A program made the position numbers and the translations under genes. Below are positions 1 to 6,144 of a stretch of DNA of 10,468 nt, piece after piece. The number at the start of each line of letters is the position of its first letter. The first letter of the stretch is position 1. The stretch lies in NCBI GenBank assembly GCA_040005235.1, contig JBDTZG010000112.1:1-10468 (forward strand). The letters are read 5' to 3'. Source of the stretch: Acidobacteriota bacterium (GTDB lineage: Bacteria > Acidobacteriota > Thermoanaerobaculia > Multivoradales > UBA5704). Below the pieces are notes generated by a model that worked only from the letters and a program-made list of their open reading frames with translations, ran no database searches and was not told the DNA's origin.

Positions 1-7
1 TACGTGT

Positions 8-52
8 CCTGGGGCTGCGCCCCAGGCTATTTTTGGGCGCGCCCTTGGCGCT
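8..52. repeat. REP-like double-hairpin element (possibly also a terminator)
   Basis: CCTGGGGC-tgc-GCCCCAGG (8-26, perfect 8-bp stem), then CTATTTTT, then GCGCC-ctt-GGCGC (39-51). The two-hairpin layout resembles intergenic REP-type repeats, but only one copy is visible in this window. Confidence 0.5.
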
Positions 53-113
53 CAATACACCGCACCTTCAAGTATCGCTCCGGACAACACGTCCCGGCAG
101 GGACGTCGTATTC

Positions 114-139
114 GAGCGAGTGATTTCAATCACTCGCTC
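114..139. promoter_or_regulatory. Perfect 12-bp inverted repeat with a CRP/FNR-family-like core; putative operator or RNA hairpin
   Basis: GAGCGAGTGATT-tc-AATCACTCGCTC. The core GTGAT-N4-ATCAC has the spacing of FNR (TTGAT-N4-ATCAA) and CRP (TGTGA-N6-TCACA) boxes. It lies about 130 bp upstream of ccmA. Confidence 0.35.
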
Positions 140-245
140 TCGCTCCTCGCGCGGCTCGCACTCCATGAAATACGCCGGTCGGCCCCTCCAGAGAGATCCC
201 CTTCTCCCGCCCTGGGGGGCGGGGTGTTTCCTCGCCCCGCCCCCA

Positions 246-251
246 TATACT
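246..251 (+). promoter_or_regulatory. Putative -10 element (TATACT) of a leaderless ccm operon transcript
   Basis: TATACT ends 7 nt before the ccmA ATG (259), and there is no Shine-Dalgarno upstream of the ATG. No convincing -35 element. Confidence 0.55.
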
Positions 252-258
252 CCCGACG

Positions 259-873
259 ATGAGCTCCGTCTCTCTGGCCTTTGACGGCCTTCGGCGCCGA
301 TTTGGGCGGGTGCGTGCTTTGGAGCCGGCTTCGGGGCGGGCTTCGGCGGGGGAGGTTCTCGTCATTACGGGAGCGAACGGGTCGGGCAAGAGCACTTTGC
401 TGCGCTGCCTGGCCGGGTTGCTGGCTCCGGATGCCGGGACGATCGACCATTTGGAGGAGGGCTCCGTGCTCTCCACGGCGGAGCGGCGGGCGCGGGTTGG
501 GTTCGTGGCTCCGGATTTGGCGTTCTACGACGAGCTGTCGGCGGGGGAGAACCTGGAGTTCTTCGCCAAGCTGCGGGGGCTTCCTGTGGCCCGGGCCGAG
601 GAGCTGTTGGAGCGGGTGGGGCTACCGGCGGATCGGGCGGCCGGGGCTTTGTCTTCCGGGATGCGGCAACGACTTCGGTGGGCTTGGGCGCTTTTGGCCC
701 GGCCGCGCGCACTACTATTGGATGAGCCATTCCAGAACCTGGACGTGGAGGGGGAGGACACCGTGCGTTCTCTGCTCGGCGAGCATCTGGAATCCGGCGG
801 TCTTGCGATCCTCGCCTCGCCCATTACCCTGGAGGTCTCGGGTGCCGTCTCCCACCTCTGCCTGGGTCGGTAG
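259..873 (+). CDS. ccmA: Heme ABC exporter ATP-binding protein CcmA
   Basis: 204 aa. Walker A GANGSGKST, signature LSSGM, Walker B LLLDEP. First gene ahead of ccmB/C/D/E/F. Confidence 0.9.
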   Translation: MSSVSLAFDGLRRRFGRVRALEPASGRASAGEVLVITGANGSGKSTLLRCLAGLLAPDAGTIDHLEEGSVLSTAERRARVGFVAPDLAFYDELSAGENLEFFAKLRGLPVARAEELLERVGLPADRAAGALSSGMRQRLRWAWALLARPRALLLDEPFQNLDVEGEDTVRSLLGEHLESGGLAILASPITLEVSGAVSHLCLGR

Positions 874-1528
874 CGCGCAGGCCGTCTTCATGAAGGACTG
901 GCGCTGCGAGCTGCGCAGCCGCTATGCCCTGAATGCCATCGGCCTGTTCGCGGTGACCACCCTGGTGGTGACCAGCGCGGCGCTGGGACCCGCGGGGACC
1001 AACAAGTCGCTCGCGATCAACGTGCTGCCCGCGATGCTCTGGCTGATCCTGCTGTTCGCCGCGGCGGCCGGCCTGCCGCGGGCGTTCGTTCACGAGGAAG
1101 AGAGCCACACGGCGATCGCGCTTCGGTTGGCCTCTCCCCCGTCCGCCCTGTTCGTGGGCAAGCTCGTTTTCGGCGTGACCCTGCTGCTCGCGATCGAGGC
1201 TTTGATCGCCCCGCTCTATCTGGCGGTGATGAGCCTGGAGGTGAGCTCGCCCGGGCTGCTGGTGGTGGCCCTCGTTTCGGGCGGCTATGGCCTGGCGGCC
1301 GGGAGCGTGCTGATCGCGGCGCTCGCGAGCCAGGCGCGCGGCAAGAGCACCCTGTTTTCGGTGCTCGCCTTTCCGGTGCTGATGCCGCTTTTGCTGCTCG
1401 CGATCGAGCTGACGCGCAACGCCGTGGCGGGCGACGTGGCCGGTCCGGCGCTACCCCAGCTCCTTCTATATGATGGCTCCGTAACCATCGCAGGACTCAT
1501 GCTCTTTCCGGCGGTATGGAACCCATGA
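842..1528 (+). CDS. ccmB: Heme exporter permease CcmB
   Basis: 3' part of ORF 281..1528. Start reassigned to GTG at 842 (GGAGGT at 831-836), giving 228 aa. AVFMKDWRCELRSR N-terminus, about 6 hydrophobic helices, LFSVLAFPVLMPLLL motif. Stop overlaps the ccmC start (ATGA, 1525-1528). Confidence 0.9.
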   Translation: MPSPTSAWVGSAQAVFMKDWRCELRSRYALNAIGLFAVTTLVVTSAALGPAGTNKSLAINVLPAMLWLILLFAAAAGLPRAFVHEEESHTAIALRLASPPSALFVGKLVFGVTLLLAIEALIAPLYLAVMSLEVSSPGLLVVALVSGGYGLAAGSVLIAALASQARGKSTLFSVLAFPVLMPLLLLAIELTRNAVAGDVAGPALPQLLLYDGSVTIAGLMLFPAVWNP

Positions 1529-2202
1529 CACGCACGATCTCACTCGGACTTCGCGCTGCGCTTTGGTTGGTGATGTCGCTCTGCATCTGGGGCGCGTTCT
1601 TCTACGCCTGGTCGGACCCGGCCTTCATCGGCCAATCGAGCCGCATCCTGTTCTTCCACGTGCCGATGGCGTGGACCTCGTTCGTCGCGTATTTCGCGGC
1701 GGCGATCTGGAGCGCGCGCTACCTGTGGGGCGGGCGCCAGATGCGCCACGACCGCGCGGCGGCGGCCGCCGTCGAATGCGGCGTCCTGTTCGGGGTGCTC
1801 GCGACGATCACCGGCTCGCTCTGGGCGCGGATCGAATGGGGCGCGTTCTGGAACTGGGACCCGCGCCAGACCTCGATCGTCGTCGTGCTGCTGTTCTACG
1901 GCGCGTATCTCGCCTTGCGGAGCGCCATGGCCGACGCGGAAATCCGCGCGCGGATCTCATCGGTCTACGCGCTGATCGCCCTGGTGGTGACGCCGTTCTT
2001 CTACTTCATCGTGCCGCGGATCACCGACTCGCTCCATCCGCAGCCGGTGATCAACGCGGATCGGAAGATCGACGTGGACCCGCGGATGTTCCACGTGCTG
2101 ATCGCCTCGGCGCTCACCTACACCGTGCTGTTCATCTGGATCCACAATCTCCGGACGCGGACTCAAAGCCTCGTCGACGCGCGAGAGGACGACCCGTCGT
2201 AA
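1525..2202 (+). CDS. ccmC: Heme exporter / cytochrome c biogenesis protein CcmC
   Basis: WWD motif WGAFWNWDPRQT with flanking heme-ligand histidines in FFHVP and SLHPQP. Start taken at the ATGA overlap (1525); the alternative ATG is at 1516. Confidence 0.93.
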   Translation: MTRTISLGLRAALWLVMSLCIWGAFFYAWSDPAFIGQSSRILFFHVPMAWTSFVAYFAAAIWSARYLWGGRQMRHDRAAAAAVECGVLFGVLATITGSLWARIEWGAFWNWDPRQTSIVVVLLFYGAYLALRSAMADAEIRARISSVYALIALVVTPFFYFIVPRITDSLHPQPVINADRKIDVDPRMFHVLIASALTYTVLFIWIHNLRTRTQSLVDAREDDPS

Positions 2203-2245
2203 GGCGGGTTGACCTCTGGGCGCTTTAAGGCAAGAAGGGGACACC

Positions 2246-2371
2246 ATGGAGCTCGGCGGACTCGGTTGGATCTTCGCGGTCAACTTGATCATCTGGACGG
2301 GATTGTTCGTCTTCCTGCTGCGCATCGAGCGGCGCATCGCCGGGCTCGAAGCGGGCGGGAAGGGTCGGTAA
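2246..2371 (+). CDS. ccmD: Small membrane protein CcmD (not in the ORF track)
   Basis: Hand translation MELGGLGWIFAVNLIIWTGLFVFLLRIERRIAGLEAGGKGR* (41 aa): one TM helix followed by a charged tail. AAGGGG SD upstream, and canonical position between ccmC and ccmE. Confidence 0.85.
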   Translation: MELGGLGWIFAVNLIIWTGLFVFLLRIERRIAGLEAGGKGR

Positions 2372-2383
2372 AAGGAGGCTGTC

Positions 2384-2779
2384 ATGAAAAGAAATCTCTG
2401 GTACGTCGTGGGCGGCCTGATGCTGCTCGCGTTCGCGGGGTTCTCGCTGATGTCGTTCCAGCAGAATCTCACCCCGTACGTCAGCTTCGAGAAGGCGACC
2501 TCCTCGCAGCGGATGGTGCAGGTGATGGGCGGCCTGCGAAAAGGCAGCGCGGACTACTCGTACGACGACAAGGCCCTGTCGTTCACGATCCTCGAGCCGA
2601 AAACTTCCAAGGAGCTGCGGGTGCGCTACCACGGCGTCCGGCCGGGCAATTTCGACGACGCGATCAGCATCGTCGCGATCGGCCGCTACGACGAAGGGAC
2701 CAAGGAGTTCGAGGCGAGTAAGCTCTTGGTCAAGTGCCCGAGCAAGTATCAGGGCGCAGAGGTCAAGACGTACAGCTAA
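2384..2779 (+). CDS. ccmE: Heme chaperone CcmE, CxxxY (System I*) type
   Basis: 131 aa with an N-terminal TM anchor, YHGVRPGNF and C-terminal LLVKCPSKY. AGGAGG SD at 2373-2378. Confidence 0.93.
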   Translation: MKRNLWYVVGGLMLLAFAGFSLMSFQQNLTPYVSFEKATSSQRMVQVMGGLRKGSADYSYDDKALSFTILEPKTSKELRVRYHGVRPGNFDDAISIVAIGRYDEGTKEFEASKLLVKCPSKYQGAEVKTYS

Positions 2780-2794
2780 TCGGGAGGATCGACG

Positions 2795-5032
2795 GTGAAC
2801 GCTCTCACGCATCTCTACCTACCCGGCGCGGTCGCGATTTGGAGCGCTTTGATTTTCGCCCTGGCCGCCGTTTGGGGGTACTCCCAGGCGCTCCGGGGCG
2901 ACGTGACGGCGATCGCGTTCGGCCGCCGGGCGTATGCCTGCTTCGCCGCGGCGATCGGGCTTACGGCCTTGATGCTGATCCTGGTGCTGCTGATGCGGGA
3001 CTTCCGCATCGAGTACGTCTTCCAGTACTCGGGGCTCGACCTGCCCGGCCATTACCAGTTCGCATCGTTCTGGGCGGGCCAGAAAGGGAGCTTCCTGATC
3101 TGGCTGTTCTGGGGAACGATGCTCGGCCTGGCCGTCCAGCGGACGGCGGGCAAGAGCGAGGCGTCGGTGATGGTGATCTACCTCGCCACCCTGCTCGGCC
3201 TGATCTTCATCCTGGTGCGGGAAAACCCGTTCGTCATGCTGTCGCAGTCGCCGCTCGACGGGCAGGGGTTGAACCCGCTGCTCCAGGACGACTGGATGGT
3301 GATCCATCCGCCGATCATGTTCATCGGCTACGCCTCGACCGCAATCCCGTTCGCGTTCGCCATGGCCTCGCTCTGGCGGCGCGACTACGACGGCTGGGCC
3401 GCGCGGGCGTTCCCTTGGGCGCTGTTCGGCTTCCTGGTGCTCGGCTGCGCGATCTTGATGGGTGGGTATTGGGCGTACAAGACGCTCGGCTGGGGCGGAT
3501 TCTGGGGCTGGGATCCGGTCGAAAACGCTTCGCTGATCCCTTGGCTCTGCCTGACGGTTCTGGTTCACGGCCTGCACATGGAGCGGACCAAGAAACGCTA
3601 CCGAAAGGCCAATTACATCATCGCCTCCATGGCCTATCTGGCGGTGCTCTACGGCACGTTCCTCACCCGGTCGGGCGTGCTGGCGGACTTTTCGGTCCAC
3701 AGCTTCGTCGATCTCGGCATCTCGGGCTGGCTGATCGCGCTGATGGCGACCTTCGTGGGGCTGTCGATCTGGCTGATCGCGACGAGGCTGCGCCAGGTTC
3801 CCACCGAAACGAACGAAGACCCGATCCTCTCGCGCGGCACGTTCCTGGTGCTCGCGACGATCGCGATCTCGGCTTCTGCGTTCGTCATCACCTACGGCAC
3901 CTCGGCGCCTTTGCTCACCCGCCTTCAGGCGGACGTGGCCCAGGTTGGACCCGAGTGGTACAACCTGGTGAACAAACCGATCGCGATCGTGATCGGAATC
4001 CTGCTCACCTTCCTCCCCTATCTCACCTGGAAGGGGGACAAATTCGGCGACCTGATCAAAAAGATGATCGTGCCGCTGATCGCCGGAATCTTGATCGCGG
4101 TGGCGTTCGTTGCCTGGAGAGTCCACGACGCGCTCGACATCGTGCTGGTCCTATTCGCCGCGACGGCGCTCGCCACGAACCTGCACAAGACGATCGCGAA
4201 ATGGCGGGCCGGGGGCTTGCGGGCGGCGGGCGGCTATCTCGCGCACGCCGGAGTGGGGATGATGCTGCTCGGCATTCTCGCCTCGTCTGCCTACGACGAG
4301 AGCACCAAGCTGACGTTGGTGCAGGGTAAGCCGGTGACCAGCCACGGCCGGACCTACACTTTCACTCGCTACTTGCCGCCCACCGAGGAAGAGCGGCGCG
4401 ACCGGATGGAGATCCAGGTCGTCGAGGCGAACGGCAAGACCTTTGCGCTCTACCCGCGAATGTTTTTGAACCAGCGCACCCAGCAGCTGATGGTCAACCC
4501 GGATATCCGGAAGAGCCTGAGCGCGGATCTTTACGTCTCGCCGATCCAATACGATCCAGGCCAGCCGAAGCTCGCGTTGACCAAAGGGCAAGAGGGCGAG
4601 GTCGGCAACGTGAAGGTCAAGTTCGAAGGGTTCGACCTGAACGCCAACGGCAACGCGCTCGCCCAAATGGCGAGCGGCAAAGAGATCACGATCGGCACCA
4701 TTTTCTCGGTGACCCGCAACGGCCAGACGAGCCAGGTCCGGCCGGTCTATAAGCTCAATCCCGCCAACGGCCAGGTCGAGACGCCAGCCGTCGACCTACC
4801 CGGCGGCGGGGCGATGCGGGTGGAGAAGATCAACGCCTCCGGCGGCAACGTGGAGATCGAGCTCGCCGGAGTCTCGAACCCCCCGACCCTGGCGGTCGAC
4901 GTGACCACCAAGCCGCTGATCGAAATGGTCTGGTTCGGCCTCTACCTCATGCTCGGCGGCGGCGGTCTCGCGATGGCGCTGCGCTTTAGGGACGCGCGGG
5001 TGCTGGAGCGGGTGGCGGCTCGGGCGGCGTGA
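2795..5032 (+). CDS. ccmF: Cytochrome c synthetase / heme lyase CcmF
   Basis: 745 aa, GTG start with GGGAGG SD. Motifs FWAGQKGS, GLNPLLQ, IHPP and WGGFWGWDPVEN (WWD), plus histidines in LVHGL, SVHSF and LAHAG. Confidence 0.95.
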   Translation: MNALTHLYLPGAVAIWSALIFALAAVWGYSQALRGDVTAIAFGRRAYACFAAAIGLTALMLILVLLMRDFRIEYVFQYSGLDLPGHYQFASFWAGQKGSFLIWLFWGTMLGLAVQRTAGKSEASVMVIYLATLLGLIFILVRENPFVMLSQSPLDGQGLNPLLQDDWMVIHPPIMFIGYASTAIPFAFAMASLWRRDYDGWAARAFPWALFGFLVLGCAILMGGYWAYKTLGWGGFWGWDPVENASLIPWLCLTVLVHGLHMERTKKRYRKANYIIASMAYLAVLYGTFLTRSGVLADFSVHSFVDLGISGWLIALMATFVGLSIWLIATRLRQVPTETNEDPILSRGTFLVLATIAISASAFVITYGTSAPLLTRLQADVAQVGPEWYNLVNKPIAIVIGILLTFLPYLTWKGDKFGDLIKKMIVPLIAGILIAVAFVAWRVHDALDIVLVLFAATALATNLHKTIAKWRAGGLRAAGGYLAHAGVGMMLLGILASSAYDESTKLTLVQGKPVTSHGRTYTFTRYLPPTEEERRDRMEIQVVEANGKTFALYPRMFLNQRTQQLMVNPDIRKSLSADLYVSPIQYDPGQPKLALTKGQEGEVGNVKVKFEGFDLNANGNALAQMASGKEITIGTIFSVTRNGQTSQVRPVYKLNPANGQVETPAVDLPGGGAMRVEKINASGGNVEIELAGVSNPPTLAVDVTTKPLIEMVWFGLYLMLGGGGLAMALRFRDARVLERVAARAA

Positions 5033-5076
5033 GCTGGGGGGACGATCGAAAGAACCGCGGAGAGATCTGCTGAACA

Positions 5077-5463
5077 TCACGCCAATCGCAGATCCGTCTG
5101 ACCGAAGTCGTTGCCGACAAAAAGGAGAGGCTGGTCAGCGACCTTGGCGATCGCATAGGTCATGCAGTCTCCAAAGTTGAGGGCAGCAGGGTGGCGGCCT
5201 TTTCCGAAGCGCAAGGCGGCCTCCGTGGCGGCGCGCCAATGTTCTTCTCCGAAAGGTGTGGACGTTAAGCCGAAGCGGTCGAGGAACTCGTCGAGAACCT
5301 CGGTTGAACGGATCCCGAGCCTTCCGGAAAGGACGAGATGCGCTTCGAGAAGTGAAGGAGTACCAATTTTCTTCGCCCGATTCGCGCTGAGCTTTTCGAC
5401 CAGAACCTCATGCCCGGGCTCTTTGAAAAGAACCGCCATCACCGCGGAAGTGTCTACGATCAC
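5077..5463 (-). CDS. vapC: Type II TA toxin, PIN-domain ribonuclease VapC (VapC30-like)
   Basis: 128 aa. Acidic PIN motifs MIVDTSA, SLLEA, HPAALNFGDC and LLFVGNDF. GTG start overlaps the vapB stop (GTGA). Confidence 0.93.
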   Translation of the reverse strand: MIVDTSAVMAVLFKEPGHEVLVEKLSANRAKKIGTPSLLEAHLVLSGRLGIRSTEVLDEFLDRFGLTSTPFGEEHWRAATEAALRFGKGRHPAALNFGDCMTYAIAKVADQPLLFVGNDFGQTDLRLA

Positions 5464-5732
5464 ACGCCCCCCGGGCCGTATCCGAGGATTTCATCCTGCT
5501 CTTCTTGGCTGATGCCGCGCCCAAGCAGGTCTGGTGGAATTTTCGGCCAGATCTCTTCCCGGAGGAATCGAAGTAGGTCTTCTTTCGTGTCTCCCGGTAC
5601 GACGCGAAGCGCCAGCCGTTCCTTGCGCTCTTGGAGCGCCATGCGAACGGCTTCGGTTCTGGTCTCGCCGGTCATCTCGGCAACTTCGTCGGCCAAGCGC
5701 TCAACCTCGACACTCTTGAGAGTTAGGGACAA
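5460..5732 (-). CDS. vapB: Type II TA antitoxin VapB (Rv0623/VapB30-like)
   Basis: 90 aa. N-terminus MSLTLKSVEVERLADEVAEMTGETRTEAVRMALQER (ribbon-helix-helix-like) and C-terminal DEILGYGPGG. TTG start with AGGAGGTG SD (5744-5737), directly upstream of vapC. Confidence 0.9.
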   Translation of the reverse strand: MSLTLKSVEVERLADEVAEMTGETRTEAVRMALQERKERLALRVVPGDTKEDLLRFLREEIWPKIPPDLLGRGISQEEQDEILGYGPGGV

Positions 5733-5750
5733 GGCGCACCTCCTGGTGAG

Positions 5751-5779
5751 ATCTTAGCGGAGGTAGAGACCATTTAGAA
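5751..5779 (-). promoter_or_regulatory. Putative sigma70 promoter of vapBC
   Basis: Minus strand TTCTAA (5779-5774), 17-nt spacer, TAAGAT (5756-5751), just upstream of the vapB SD. Confidence 0.4.
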
Positions 5780-5835
5780 TCGAGCGTGAACTTCCTCCGC
5801 GCCCACCAAAGGCCAACCCGTTGTAGCCCGTCCCT

Positions 5836-5973
5836 CTAGGCCCCGTAAGCCAGCCGATCGGCCAGGCTGCTCGGTAACCCCGCTTCGCGGATGCGTTCCT
5901 GGGCTCGGGCGATCGGGTAGGTCACCCGGTGCCAGCGGAGGACGCGGCGTTCGCTGTCGTAGGTCATGAAGGA
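5836..5973 (-). repeat. Direct repeat copy 1: orphan 3' end (45 codons + stop) of the metallophosphoesterase gene; att-like
   Basis: 132/138 nt identical to 8326-8463, and 5858-5973 equals 8348-8463 exactly (116 bp). Encodes the identical peptide SFMTYD...LADRLAYGA*. Confidence 0.97.
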
Positions 5974-6144
5974 GATACGGGCGCGACCCCAACTGGCGAC
6001 CGAACACGGAGATCCGACCGCATCTCGAATTCCGCGGCATGAGGGTGGACCGTGGCAATCCACTCGCCCAGATTTGCAGACGAAGAAACCTGTCTATTTC
6101 TCAGAAATGAGTCGCGGCGGGGCATACCATTTTATCCCTGAGGT

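Noticed and set aside
55-200. tRNA, tmRNA, 6S RNA or CRISPR array in the upstream intergenic region
   Set aside because: No cloverleaf or T-loop consensus, no convincing long 6S-like duplex by eye, and no regularly spaced repeats. Kept only as an unassigned hairpin cluster.
281-841. N-terminal 187 aa of the 415-aa ORF as a CcmB extension or a ccmA-ccmB frameshift fusion
   Set aside because: It is an Arg/Trp/Gly-rich shadow frame of ccmA. A good SD plus GTG at 842 gives a normal-length CcmB, and ccmA ends normally at 873.
2734-4329. Long alternative-frame ORFs over ccmF (531 aa on +, 435 aa on -) and similar ones over ccmC, aroK and thiE
   Set aside because: Low-complexity Arg/Gly/Pro/Ala-rich translations typical of stop-poor shadow frames in high-GC coding DNA, with no recognisable motifs.
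5836-6063. 75-aa ORF (and overlapping 5774..6058) as a real gene
   Set aside because: It is the orphan repeat fused to non-homologous upstream sequence, has no evident SD, and lacks all the metal-binding motifs.
6096-6108. Short palindrome ATTTCT-C-AGAAAT downstream of the cargo gene as a terminator or recombination site
   Set aside because: Only 6 AT-rich bp with a 1-nt loop, no U-tract, and no counterpart at the other islet end.
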